Of a stretch of DNA of 64,000 bases, positions 1 to 10,239 are shown one piece after another. The stretch is from Longimicrobiales bacterium. GTDB lineage: Bacteria > Gemmatimonadota > Gemmatimonadetes > Longimicrobiales > Gaopeijiaceae. Every line of letters starts with the position of its first letter. Position 1 is the stretch's first letter. The stretch is taken from positions 288,001 to 352,000 of the forward strand of contig CBDCNQ010000005.1 in assembly GCA_965219445.1 (NCBI GenBank), read 5' to 3'. A program made the position numbers and the translations under genes. Under the pieces are notes generated by a model, which did no database searches, was not told where the DNA came from, and was given only the letters and a program-made list of their open reading frames with translations.

Positions 1-1
1 A

Positions 2-1732
2 GACACCGGCAGCACGAAATACTCGTCCCTCGACGCCATCGACGAGACCAACGTGCAGAATCTCCAAGTGGTCTGGAGATGGGAGTCGGTGGACTATCAG
101 CGTCAGGCGGAGGATCCCGGGCTCACATTCAACAACGTCCTGTTGGCGACGCCCCTGAAGGTGGGGAACGCGCTGTACACCAGCACGAACCTCGGCCAGG
201 CGGCCGCGATCGATCCCGTCACGGGCGAGACGCTTTGGGTCTACAACTCCATCGCTGAGGGTACGGCTGTAGAGCGAGCGCGGAGGACACGCGGTCTCGC
301 GTATTGGACGGACGGATCCGACGGCCGAGTCATGGGGCCCGAGCTCGAGCCGTTCAACTGGAATGCCGCTCCGGTGGTGTGCGGAGACGTGGTCATTGTC
401 GGAGCAGCGATGTCGGACAACCCGTCCCGGCAGGAGATGACGCCCGGGTACGTGAGGGCCTACGACGTCGTCACCGGGCAGCTACGGTGGCGATTCAACC
501 CGGTTCCTCAGCCCGGGGATGTTGGAAACGAAACGTGGGAGAATGGTTCTTGGGAATACAGTGGACACACCAACGTCTGGTCGCTGATGAGCGCCGACGA
601 AGAACAGGGCTACGTGTACCTGCCGGTGAGCACGCCGACGAACGACTGGTATGGTGGGCACCGGCTAGGCGACAACCTCTTCGCCGAGAGTCTCGTGGCT
701 CTCGAATGCGCCACAGGTGAGCGTGTGTGGCACTTCCAAATGGTCCACCACGGCTTGTGGGACTACGACAACCCTGCAGCGCCAAATTTGGTCGACATCA
801 CTGTAGACGGGCGCCCGATCAAGGCAGTCGCGCAAGTCTCCAAGCAAGGCTTCACTTACGTGTTCGACCGCGTCACCGGGGAACCAGTTTGGCCGATCGA
901 AGAGCGGGCGGTCCCTCCTTCGACGGTTCCGGGGGAGCGCGCCTCACCCACACAGCCGTTTCCGACCAAGCCTGCGCCTTTCGAGCGGCAGGGCATCAGC
1001 GTTGACGACCTGATCGATTTCACACCCGAGCTTCGTGCCGAGGCGATCGAGATCCTCAACGGTTATGTGTACGGGCCGATGTTTACCCCCCCGTCGGTAC
1101 GCTCCGACGACCCGGAGGACACACAAGGGACCGTTCAGCTGCCCGGTTGGGTCGGTGGCGCGGATTGGAACGGCGGGGCCTTCGACCCCGAGACGCAGAT
1201 TCTCTACGTGCCGTCCATTACCGCACCGATCGTGGCGGCGCTCGTCGAGCCAGACCCGGACGTCTCGAACTTCGACTACGTGAGGGGAACACCACGGAGC
1301 GTGGTGGGCCCTCGAGGGCTGCCGCTCGTGAAGCCACCGTGGGGTCGCATTACGGCGATCGACCTCAACAGCGGTGAGCACGTATGGATGGTGCCGAACG
1401 GTGAGGGTCCCCGTGACCATGAGGCACTGCAGGGCCTCGATCTTCCCAGGCTCGGTGTCCCCGGCCGACCCGCTCCGTTGCTGACCAAGACGCTGCTGTT
1501 CATCGGTGAGGGAAGTCCGAACATGGTGGCGATGCCCCAGTTCGGCGGTGGCGAGATGTTCCGGGCCTACCACAAAGAAACTGGGGAGGTACTGTGGGAA
1601 ACGGAGCTACCTGCCGGCACTTCAGGGGCTCCGATGACTTACATGGCGGATGGCAGTCAGTACGTCGTCGTCGCGGTCAGTGATGCGATCCATCATGCGG
1701 AATTCATCGCCTTGAGCGTTCGTTCGAGGTGA
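2..1732 (+). CDS. PQQ-dependent glucose/quinate-type dehydrogenase, 5' partial, apparent internal in-frame deletion
   Basis: Open from the window start (DTGSTKYSSLDAIDETNV). Motifs ATPL, HHGLWDYDNPAAP, PTQPFPTKP, KPPWGRITAIDL and GAPMTY. The segment between AYWTDG and APVV is much shorter than in the paralogs at 27960 and 51696. Confidence 0.85.
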   Translation, partial: DTGSTKYSSLDAIDETNVQNLQVVWRWESVDYQRQAEDPGLTFNNVLLATPLKVGNALYTSTNLGQAAAIDPVTGETLWVYNSIAEGTAVERARRTRGLAYWTDGSDGRVMGPELEPFNWNAAPVVCGDVVIVGAAMSDNPSRQEMTPGYVRAYDVVTGQLRWRFNPVPQPGDVGNETWENGSWEYSGHTNVWSLMSADEEQGYVYLPVSTPTNDWYGGHRLGDNLFAESLVALECATGERVWHFQMVHHGLWDYDNPAAPNLVDITVDGRPIKAVAQVSKQGFTYVFDRVTGEPVWPIEERAVPPSTVPGERASPTQPFPTKPAPFERQGISVDDLIDFTPELRAEAIEILNGYVYGPMFTPPSVRSDDPEDTQGTVQLPGWVGGADWNGGAFDPETQILYVPSITAPIVAALVEPDPDVSNFDYVRGTPRSVVGPRGLPLVKPPWGRITAIDLNSGEHVWMVPNGEGPRDHEALQGLDLPRLGVPGRPAPLLTKTLLFIGEGSPNMVAMPQFGGGEMFRAYHKETGEVLWETELPAGTSGAPMTYMADGSQYVVVAVSDAIHHAEFIALSVRSR

Positions 1733-3291
1733 CCATGGATTCCGCCCGAGCCGGTGTGGCTGCCGTCGCTCTCACGCTCATGGGCATCGCCTGCTCCGGC
1801 TCCTCGAGGCCGATCGACGTGGTCGAAGCAACCATCGCGTCGATTCAAGACGAAATTCGCTCACGGCGGACGAGTTGCCGACTCGTGGTGCAGGCCTATC
1901 TCGATCGGATCGAGGCGTACGACGAGGCCACGGTGAACGCGATCACAGTTGTGAACCCGAACGCGCTCGCGCGTGCCGATGAGATCGACGCCTCGATTGA
2001 GGCAGGCGATGAACTCGGGCCGCTCTTTTGTGCTCCGCTCCTCGTGAAGGACAATTTCGACACACATGATCTGCCGACCACCGGTGGATCGATCGCGCTA
2101 ATGGGGAGCATTCCACCGGACGACGCCTTTATGGTGCGGCGTATTCGCGAGGCGGACGCGATCGTCATCGCGAAGACCAATATGGCGGAATGGGCGTTCA
2201 GCCCGAGACAGACGGTGAGCTCCTCCTACGACACGACTGCGAACGCCTATGCGTTGGACCGCGTGCCGGCCGGGTCCAGCGGAGGTACCGCATCGGGGGT
2301 GGCCGCGAGCTTCGGTGTCGCCGGACTGGGGAGTGACACCGGGAACTCCATCCGCGGACCGTCTTCGCACCTGGCGCTCGTCGGCATCCGGTCCACGATC
2401 GGGCTGACCAGCCGCGATGGGGTCATCCCCCTCTCCTTCGATCGAGACATCGCTGGGCCAATGGCCCGCACCGTCGAGGACGCGGCAAGGATGTTCAATG
2501 TGGTGGCGGGATATGATCCGGCCGACCCGTACACCGAGGCCGGGAGAGGGCGTAAAGAGGCCGATTATACCGCCGCGCTCGACGATGATGGGCTCCGCGG
2601 GGCACGGCTTGCCGTGATGCGGGACCTCGTCGATACCGAGGATGCAGATGCTGCCGTCGTGAGAGTCTTCGAGCAGGCGGTGGCCGACCTGGCGCGGCTC
2701 GGTGCTGAAATCGTGGATCCGTTTGATTTCGACGTGCAGGAGCAGCGCGACCGTCCCAACATGTTCTGCAGACGATTTCGCTACGACATGCACGTCTACC
2801 TGGAGTCGTTGGGAGACGGGGCGCCCATTCGAGACGTCCTGGAAGTCCTGAAAACCGGTCAGTACTCTGAATACGTCGAGGCCTCGCTCCGCAGATCCGA
2901 AGAAACGCCCCTGGACGTCCACCCGGCGAACGGCGACCCCCCGTGTCCGGGCTACCTCGAAAACGAAGGAAGACAGGCCTTTCTCTCGGCTCTCGTCGCG
3001 GCTATGGACGCTGCCCGCGTCGACGCCGTCATCTACCCCACATGGCGTAACCCCCCGGCCCATATCGATCGCGGAGACGAGGAATACCTCGGCGACAACA
3101 GCCAGGTGGTAGCTCCCGCGACCGGAACGCCAGCAATCACTGTCCCCATGGGCTTTACCTATGGCCGTCTACCCGCGGGACTTCAGATCCTGGCTCGCCC
3201 CTACGACGAGCTGCTCCTGTTCCGGCTCGCCTACGCCTACGAGCAGGGAACACATCATCGAGTCGCTCCCGAGGGCTTCCCTGCGCTATGA
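1729..3291 (+). CDS. Amidase-signature family lipoprotein
   Basis: KDN, GSSGG and GSDTGNSIRGP (Ser-cisSer-Lys triad); lipobox-like GIAC. Confidence 0.9.
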   Translation: MTMDSARAGVAAVALTLMGIACSGSSRPIDVVEATIASIQDEIRSRRTSCRLVVQAYLDRIEAYDEATVNAITVVNPNALARADEIDASIEAGDELGPLFCAPLLVKDNFDTHDLPTTGGSIALMGSIPPDDAFMVRRIREADAIVIAKTNMAEWAFSPRQTVSSSYDTTANAYALDRVPAGSSGGTASGVAASFGVAGLGSDTGNSIRGPSSHLALVGIRSTIGLTSRDGVIPLSFDRDIAGPMARTVEDAARMFNVVAGYDPADPYTEAGRGRKEADYTAALDDDGLRGARLAVMRDLVDTEDADAAVVRVFEQAVADLARLGAEIVDPFDFDVQEQRDRPNMFCRRFRYDMHVYLESLGDGAPIRDVLEVLKTGQYSEYVEASLRRSEETPLDVHPANGDPPCPGYLENEGRQAFLSALVAAMDAARVDAVIYPTWRNPPAHIDRGDEEYLGDNSQVVAPATGTPAITVPMGFTYGRLPAGLQILARPYDELLLFRLAYAYEQGTHHRVAPEGFPAL

Positions 3292-3298
3292 GTGAAGC

Positions 3299-4879
3299 AT
3301 GATGGATTCGAAGGCCTTAGCCATGACGCCCCTCTTTTTTGCGCTCGGCCTGGCGGCGTGCGGGGGCCAGACGGTTGGAGGGGAAGGTGAGGGGAGCGGC
3401 ACCTTCTCCCTGGAAGAAGCTACCATCCGAGGGATCCACGACGCCTTCGCGTCGGGTACTCTCACCTGCGTTCAATTGGTGCAGTACTACCTCCGCCGGA
3501 TCGAGGCGTACGACGACCAGGGGCCGGCGCTCAACGCGATTCTGACCGTGAACCCACGTGCCCTCGATTCCGCCCGAGAGATGGACCGCCTCTATACCAC
3601 GGACGAAACCGACGGCCGGCCACTGCACTGCATTCCCGTGATCGTGAAGGACAACTACGACACCGCCGATATGCCTACCACGGGCGCCTCGGTCGCCCTG
3701 GCCCACTCCGTCCCGCCAGACGACGCCTTCGTCGTGCGGCGACTGCGGGAGGCCGGAGCGCTAATTCTGGCCAAGTCGAACCTCACAGAGCTGGCCCGGG
3801 GCGGGACGACTATCAGCTCTTTGGGGGGACAGACTCGAAACCCGTACGACCTCAGCCGCACGCCGGGCGGATCCAGTGGCGGGACGGGCGCCGCGATTGC
3901 GGCCGACTTCGGCGTGCTGGGGACCGGAAGCGACACCGGCCAGTCGATCCGGTCGCCAGCCTCGGCTCAGAGTCTGGTCGGCATACGTGCGAGCCGTGGC
4001 CTCGTGAGCCGAGACGGGGTGATACCGGTCAGCTTCACTCAAGACGAGGTGGGGCCGATCGTGCGGACGGTCGAAGACGCCGCCCGGATGCTCGACGTCA
4101 TCGCCGGTTACGACCCTGCCGATCCGATCACGGCCTTCAGCACGGGGGAGATACCTCCGAGCTACACGGAGTCACTCGACCCGAACGGTCTCGAAGGAGC
4201 TCGCATCGGCCTGGTGCTGGATCTCGTCGGACAAGATGCGATCCACGAGGAGGTGAACGCGGTCGTCGAGGAGGCGATCGCGACCATGACCGAGGCGGGC
4301 GCCACCGTCGTACGCCTCCCTATTCCGAACTTCGCCGACCTCACACGGGACATCGCGCTCGGGGGCTTCGAGTTCAAGATCGCGTTCAATCGCTACCTGG
4401 CGAGCCTGGGCCCTGCCGCTCCGGTCGGTAGCCTCGAGGAGTTCATCGAGCGGGGTGAGTTCCACCCGCCACTCCGGCGTGGACTCGAGGCGGACCAGAG
4501 CGTCCAGAACGGTCTCGCCGACCCTGAGTATCGCCGTCGACTTCTTCGACGCGAGGAGCTGCGGCAAGCGGTGATGACCGTGATCGCGGACAACGAGTTA
4601 GACGCTGTACTTTACCCGCACCAGCGGCGCCTGGTGGCGCCCATCGGGGAGGACCAGCGCGAGCGCAACGGCGTGCTCTCGAACAGCACGGGCTTCCCGG
4701 CGATCACCTTTCCCGGCGGTTTTTCGGCAGCTACAGAATCGGCCCCGCTGGGTGTTACGATCGGCATTGAGCTGCTCGGCCCCGACTGGAGCGAGCCTAC
4801 GTTGATCAGACTCGCGTACGCCTTCGAACAGGCCACGCGCACTCGGCGGCCCCCGGCGAGCACACCGCCTCTGTCCTGA
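3299..4879 (+). CDS. Amidase-signature family lipoprotein (tandem paralog)
   Basis: KDN, GGSSGG and GSDTGQSIRSP; lipobox LAAC. Confidence 0.9.
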   Translation: MMDSKALAMTPLFFALGLAACGGQTVGGEGEGSGTFSLEEATIRGIHDAFASGTLTCVQLVQYYLRRIEAYDDQGPALNAILTVNPRALDSAREMDRLYTTDETDGRPLHCIPVIVKDNYDTADMPTTGASVALAHSVPPDDAFVVRRLREAGALILAKSNLTELARGGTTISSLGGQTRNPYDLSRTPGGSSGGTGAAIAADFGVLGTGSDTGQSIRSPASAQSLVGIRASRGLVSRDGVIPVSFTQDEVGPIVRTVEDAARMLDVIAGYDPADPITAFSTGEIPPSYTESLDPNGLEGARIGLVLDLVGQDAIHEEVNAVVEEAIATMTEAGATVVRLPIPNFADLTRDIALGGFEFKIAFNRYLASLGPAAPVGSLEEFIERGEFHPPLRRGLEADQSVQNGLADPEYRRRLLRREELRQAVMTVIADNELDAVLYPHQRRLVAPIGEDQRERNGVLSNSTGFPAITFPGGFSAATESAPLGVTIGIELLGPDWSEPTLIRLAYAFEQATRTRRPPASTPPLS

Positions 4880-4906
4880 AGGGCTGGCCCCGTCGCGGCC
4901 GGCCCT
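4880..4906. terminator. GC-rich hairpin between convergent genes
   Basis: AGGGCTGGCC-N7-GGCCGGCCCT immediately after the amidase stop; no U-tract. Confidence 0.45.
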
Positions 4907-4933
4907 GAGGGCAACCGCGTCGTCGCATCGGGG

Positions 4934-5878
4934 CTAGTCGCTGATCCGTGCCCACCTCAGCGCGTTTTGCGCCTGACGGCCCTCGTTGTCGGTAAAGACG
5001 GGTGGTCGTAGGGTGAGATGCGTGTCGGTCAGCTCGTAGGCACGTGGGGCATCGGTCCCGGTCTGCGCCGGGCTCAGGTTCCCGATCCGATGATGGACTA
5101 GATAGCCCTCGTCCTCATGCACCGAGAACGGACCGAAATAGCTGCCGTACGTCTGTACGGCCGCGAGCGCCTCCTCCGGGGTCGGCTGCGTGCCCGAGTA
5201 CGGCGCGCGGCCTGGTCGCATCAGATGCACCGCCATGTGCCCGGAGGGAGCGTAGATGATGAACGCAGTCTGGTACTGGGGAACCGGGACCGACTCGCCC
5301 TCCACGATCCGCCGTGAAACCGACTCGACCCGGTAGAAGCCGAACAGCCGCCTGTGCGTATCGGTGAGCTCGGATTCGGGCAGGTCCGGGAGCCTCTCCC
5401 ACGTGAGCTGCGTGTGATTCCCGTTCTCTTGCGCGGGTGGCTGCAGCGTCAGCCGATTTCCCGAAAACGTATAGAAGCGCTTGTAGTCTGATCCGGCGCC
5501 GCGGGTGTTCAGACTGCCCTCGAGGTGGTGCGTCAGAAACCCTTCGGCCTCGTTGACGGTGAACGTGCCGAAGTACGAGGTGTAGGTCGAATAGGAAGCG
5601 AGCCCCTCTTCAGGCGTCCGCTGGTTGCCGGCATATGGCCGGCGGTCTGGCCGCATGATCGCGACACCCATGTATCCGGCCGGGTCGTAGATGATGTAGC
5701 CGAGGCGGTCCTCAATAGGGGGCGCCAGCAGCTCACCGTCGGCATCAAACTGCTCGATCTTGACCAGCGTCCACGCGCCGGCAAATTGGCTCGTTGGATT
5801 CGCTCGGGCGCCACCACCGCAGGCGGACAGCGCGACCAGCGCGACGGGACCGAGTAGCGTGATCAGCTTCGTGGGCAT
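4934..5878 (-). CDS. Lipoprotein with two tandem lipocalin-like domains
   Basis: Lipobox LSAC; two internal repeats of GxWxL / IIYxPxGxMxV / YxSYFGxF. Confidence 0.8.
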   Translation of the reverse strand: MPTKLITLLGPVALVALSACGGGARANPTSQFAGAWTLVKIEQFDADGELLAPPIEDRLGYIIYDPAGYMGVAIMRPDRRPYAGNQRTPEEGLASYSTYTSYFGTFTVNEAEGFLTHHLEGSLNTRGAGSDYKRFYTFSGNRLTLQPPAQENGNHTQLTWERLPDLPESELTDTHRRLFGFYRVESVSRRIVEGESVPVPQYQTAFIIYAPSGHMAVHLMRPGRAPYSGTQPTPEEALAAVQTYGSYFGPFSVHEDEGYLVHHRIGNLSPAQTGTDAPRAYELTDTHLTLRPPVFTDNEGRQAQNALRWARISD

Positions 5879-6063
5879 CCTCTCCTCCTCTGGTGACCGG
5901 CGCGCCTCGACATCACGAGTGCCGGGCCGCCACGACGTTCTACCGCGCGGTGCAACCCTGGTAATACGCGCTCACCGTTCGCTCATGCAAGGACGAGACG
6001 AACGGATGCGAATACATCCATTGGGATGCGGAGGCGTTTGCCGAGTTTCGTAGGCGCTCTCAC

Positions 6064-7062
6064 TCAGATCGCGAGCCAGCGACGGGCCTGGAGTCGTGGG
6101 TCGGGATTGCGCTCGTCGAGCCTGGTCAGGCCGAGCTCCCGAGCGATCGCCTGTGCTTCGGTGAATTCATGCCCCTGAAGGCGTCGATCGATCTCCGGAT
6201 AGGTGGTCGCCGAGACTTTGCCGGCCGGGTAGTACTGATCCATGAGGTTCACGTATGTGCCCGGTCCCAGCTCCCCCGCGATCCACTCGAGAATCGCCCG
6301 CGTCTCGTCGAGCATCCCAGGCATGACCAGGTGGCGGACGAGGAGCCCGCGCGCGACGAGCCCGTCCTGGTCGAGCTCCAGCGGCCCCACCTGCCGGTGC
6401 ATCTCCGTGATGGCGACCCGGGCGGCCTCGGGGTAGTCCCCGGCCTTGAGATACCGCTTGGCCGTCGACCGGCTCCATACCTTGAAGTCCGGCATGTAGA
6501 TGTCGACCACGCCGTCGAGCCACGCCAGGCTCTCCAGCGCGTCGTACGCGCTGGTATTGTAGACGAGGGGAAGACGCAGTCCCTGCTCCACCGCGGGTAC
6601 CAGTGCCTCGAGAACCTGGGGCACGACGTGCTCGGGAGTGACGAAGTTGATGTTGTGGCAGCCCCTCCTCTGGAGCGAGAGCATGAGGTCCGCGATCTCG
6701 TCGGGAAGCATCCCCTCGTCCGTCTCACCCGGCGGGACGGCCTGCGAGATGTCATAGTTCTGGCAGAAGACGCAGCGCAGATTGCAGTGTGAGAAGAAGA
6801 TCGTACCGGACCCTTGCCACCCCCGGAGGCAGTCCTCTTCGCCGAAGTGCGGGAAGGCGCTGCTCACGCGCGCATACCGCCCGGTTTTACACGCCGACCA
6901 CTTTCCGTGTAAGCGATCGACTCCACAGTCGCGCGGGCAGAGGCGACAATCGGCCAGCGCGCCAACGGCTTCCTCAGCTCGGCGTCGAAGCTCGTCGACG
7001 CCGAGAGCCAGGTAGCCGGGAACGGACGGGCGGGGACCCCTCGTCGGGGTGATGTCGGTCAT
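6064..7062 (-). CDS. Radical SAM protein, PflX-like
   Basis: CRLCPRDC, HFGEEDCL, CNLRCVFCQN and DIYMPDFK. Start chosen at ATG 7062. Confidence 0.85.
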   Translation of the reverse strand: MTDITPTRGPRPSVPGYLALGVDELRRRAEEAVGALADCRLCPRDCGVDRLHGKWSACKTGRYARVSSAFPHFGEEDCLRGWQGSGTIFFSHCNLRCVFCQNYDISQAVPPGETDEGMLPDEIADLMLSLQRRGCHNINFVTPEHVVPQVLEALVPAVEQGLRLPLVYNTSAYDALESLAWLDGVVDIYMPDFKVWSRSTAKRYLKAGDYPEAARVAITEMHRQVGPLELDQDGLVARGLLVRHLVMPGMLDETRAILEWIAGELGPGTYVNLMDQYYPAGKVSATTYPEIDRRLQGHEFTEAQAIARELGLTRLDERNPDPRLQARRWLAI

Positions 7063-7178
7063 AGGACTCTTCTCCTCGGGTAGGGACGCTTCCCCGCCAC
7101 CCGAGTCAGTACCACGTGCACGAAGATGGTTCCGCAAGCCCGGTGGTGGCTCTTCGAAAGTGGAAGGCTAGGTGCGCC

Positions 7179-8687
7179 TCAACGAAGCCGTATTCGGGTG
7201 AATCCAGTTTCGTCCGAGCGGAGGCGGTAGGTCCGGACCGACACGATGTCCCCCTCATCAGCGTCGCGCAGTGCGTCCTCGAAATCACGCTCGGAGCGGA
7301 CGCGCACGTCGTTCACGTGGGTGATGATGTCGTAGTCGGCGAAGATCTTGCCGTAGGACGGGCCGGCGGGTTGAACGCCCGTGACCACGAGTCCGGCGTC
7401 CTTCGGGTCGATGAGACCCCTCGGCAGGCCGAACGCCTTCTCGAACGCCACCAGGCAGACACCCAGTGGGTTGTTCGCGCACGGCACCTCCACATCACGC
7501 TCGCGGTGCTCCGCCCGAGCGGAAGCCGTACGATCGTTGGTCTCCTCCGCGCCCAGATACACCGTCACGGTCCGGGGGGTGTCGGCTTCCCGGTGCACCT
7601 TCAGGACCACGCTCTCTCCCGGCGCCTTGAACCAGACCCTCCGTTGCAACTGGGCCACGGACATCACGCGGCGGCCGTCGACTTCGACGATCACGTCGCC
7701 CGGTCGGAGTCCGGCGCGATACGCCGGGCTGTCCTCGTCCCCCACGTCCTGCACCACGACGCCACCGACCGTGTCGAGGCCGACGGCGAGAGCGTCCTCC
7801 ACGGTCGCTAGCAAGGTGACGGCACCCAGGACACCACGAGTGACATGTCCCCGCTCGATCAGCTCCGATATCACCGGGAGGATCAGATTGGCCGGGATCG
7901 CCAGGGTGTACCCCTGGTAGTATCCGGATCGGGTCGCGATGGCCGAGTTCATGCCGATGATGCGGCCGTGGAGGTCCACCAACGGCCCCCCCGAGTTGCC
8001 GCTGTTGGCCACGGCGTCGGTCTGGATGAACTCCACCACCGAGCCCAGGCCCATGGAGCGGTCGGTCGCGCTGACGATCCCTGCCGTCACGCTGAACGCC
8101 AGGGTGTTGCCCATGGGGTTGCCGATGGCCAGAACCCACTCGCCCACCCGAATCTGGTCGGAGTCGCCCAGGGACGCCGTCGGCAAATTCGTCTCGTCGA
8201 TCCGCACGACCGCGATGTCGCTCAGGGCGTCCTCGCCGACGATCTCGGCTTCATACTCACGACCGTCGAAGAGACGGACGAGAACGCGACGTGCGCCGTC
8301 GATGACGTGATGATTCGTGACGATGTAGCCGTTGGAAAGGACGATGAATCCGGTTCCACTGGACGTTGTGGCGTGTGGAAAGTCGCCGGCGAAGGCACCG
8401 TGCAGACTTGTCGGCATGCCCGGCGGCATGCGGAGGCCTGTGGTCACCCTCTCGACCATGATGAAGACCACGGCGGGCCGAACGACGTTAGCCACCGCCG
8501 CGAAGGCGTTGCCGAGCTGTAGCGCCGAGGCGGTGCCCTCGATCTCGACCTGGTGCTCGTCGACGACGATGGCAGAGGGTGATGGGCCCACGGCTGCCGA
8601 CGCACCGGTGAAAGGGAGGATCGACGCTGCGGCCAGCGTGAGGGCGAGGCGTCGCCCCCTGTTTTCCGTAAGCCGTATCTGTCTCAT
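7179..8687 (-). CDS. DegP/HtrA family serine protease with two PDZ domains
   Basis: TNHHV, SDIAV and GNSGGP catalytic triad; N-terminal signal; PDZ segments. Confidence 0.92.
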   Translation of the reverse strand: MRQIRLTENRGRRLALTLAAASILPFTGASAAVGPSPSAIVVDEHQVEIEGTASALQLGNAFAAVANVVRPAVVFIMVERVTTGLRMPPGMPTSLHGAFAGDFPHATTSSGTGFIVLSNGYIVTNHHVIDGARRVLVRLFDGREYEAEIVGEDALSDIAVVRIDETNLPTASLGDSDQIRVGEWVLAIGNPMGNTLAFSVTAGIVSATDRSMGLGSVVEFIQTDAVANSGNSGGPLVDLHGRIIGMNSAIATRSGYYQGYTLAIPANLILPVISELIERGHVTRGVLGAVTLLATVEDALAVGLDTVGGVVVQDVGDEDSPAYRAGLRPGDVIVEVDGRRVMSVAQLQRRVWFKAPGESVVLKVHREADTPRTVTVYLGAEETNDRTASARAEHRERDVEVPCANNPLGVCLVAFEKAFGLPRGLIDPKDAGLVVTGVQPAGPSYGKIFADYDIITHVNDVRVRSERDFEDALRDADEGDIVSVRTYRLRSDETGFTRIRLR

Positions 8688-9126
8688 GTCGATCTCCGTG
8701 CATTTTTCGCGAAACGCCGGAGATCACTGCTTTTTGCCTACCGCTCCACTCGTGTTCCGGCGCGTACGCCCCGATGCGCCATGGCCCGAATCCTCAGAGG
8801 AGACCTCATGCCCATCTCCGCCCACGGACCGTTTCCATAACAGAACCGTTGCAATGGGCATGCCAGGAGTGAGGATCGAGTTTCGGCCGGGAAAGCCTCC
8901 GGAAGCCAACCGGCATTCACCGGAAATGTTTTCCGCATCCCGGGCATTGTTTTCCACCACTCGTCCTCGGCGCGAGTCCAGCACCAACACGTGTGCGTTC
9001 CGTTGCCTACGCTAGCGAAACGGTGTAAGTCTGATCCGATCTGGCCAGACCTTCCACATCAACGGCGGTGCGCTCCGAGGCTAGGCTGGAACAGACAGGT
9101 ATCTTGCTCGCAAAGGAGTTAGGAGC

Positions 9127-10239
9127 ATGAAGGATTCTGGTAGGGCCCGATTGAGCCGGCGGCAGGCGATCAGTGTCCTCGGTGCGGGCGCAGGGTCCGG
9201 TCTCTTCTTGGCGGCAAACCCCGTCTCGAGCCTACTTGCTGCGACATGGCGGAGCGCGGGATCGACTGCGACCGAGCGGGCTATTCCTAAGAGTGCCATC
9301 CCTCCCGATGGCGCCATCATTAGGGCTATTTTCTCGGACCTTGCTCCGGAGGATTTGGCGAAGGGGATGACCCTGTTCCACGAGCACTTGTCGGCCGCCT
9401 ATTCTCGTACGGAGCTACAGCCGACGCTGCCACCCCCCTCTTCGGCTGACACCGGTCCGGTGATCGAAGATGTCAAAGCGGCGGTCCGGGAGGGCGTGAC
9501 GTGCATCGTGGACGGTGGGCATCCGGATATGGGTCGCAACCTGGAGCACTTGCGGCAGATTTCCACGGAGACGGGCGTGCACGTGGTCGCGAGCGGGGGC
9601 TATTATCGACAGAGCACGTATCCCTTGGAGATCTCGGGTCAGAGCGAGGATCAGATCGCCGCCGACCTCGCGGCTGAGGCAGCCGCCTTTCGATACGGGG
9701 CCCTCGGAGAGATAGGCCAGATGCCGGATATGGTGGACTTTACGCCCGACGAGCGGAAGATGTTTCGGGCAGTCGGCAAGGCCCACGTTCTGACTGGCCT
9801 GCCAATCTTCACCCACACTCCATACGGGACGGGACCGAACGTGCCGCGAGACATTGGTCTGCGCCAGCTCGACCTCTTCGAGTCAGTTGGGGTCGACCCG
9901 CAGCACGTGACCATCGGCCATGCCTGCTGCCTCGACGATCCGAGTGCGGAGATCATCAAACAGGTGGCGATGCGGGGCGCGTTCGTCGGATTCGACCGGT
10001 TGACCGGAGGGCGAGTCGACGACCCGCAGAAGGTCGAGACGATCCTGGCCTTTCTGGACGCCGGGTATGAGGACAAACTGCTGCTTTCAACCGATCTGCG
10101 GCGCGAATTCTACCGCACCACCAGGGTGTTTGTCCCGAAACTGCTCGCGGCGGGCGTAGACGCGGAGACGGTCCGGACCATTCTCGTCGACAATCCGGCT
10201 CGCTTCCTCGCCTTCTTGCCGAAAGAGGCTGCTGGGTGA
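9127..10239 (+). CDS. Tat-exported phosphotriesterase-family (PTE/PHP) amidohydrolase
   Basis: Tat motif SRRQAI; HEH, GEIG, FTHT, IGH and STD motifs; ends DNPARF. Confidence 0.85.
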   Translation: MKDSGRARLSRRQAISVLGAGAGSGLFLAANPVSSLLAATWRSAGSTATERAIPKSAIPPDGAIIRAIFSDLAPEDLAKGMTLFHEHLSAAYSRTELQPTLPPPSSADTGPVIEDVKAAVREGVTCIVDGGHPDMGRNLEHLRQISTETGVHVVASGGYYRQSTYPLEISGQSEDQIAADLAAEAAAFRYGALGEIGQMPDMVDFTPDERKMFRAVGKAHVLTGLPIFTHTPYGTGPNVPRDIGLRQLDLFESVGVDPQHVTIGHACCLDDPSAEIIKQVAMRGAFVGFDRLTGGRVDDPQKVETILAFLDAGYEDKLLLSTDLRREFYRTTRVFVPKLLAAGVDAETVRTILVDNPARFLAFLPKEAAG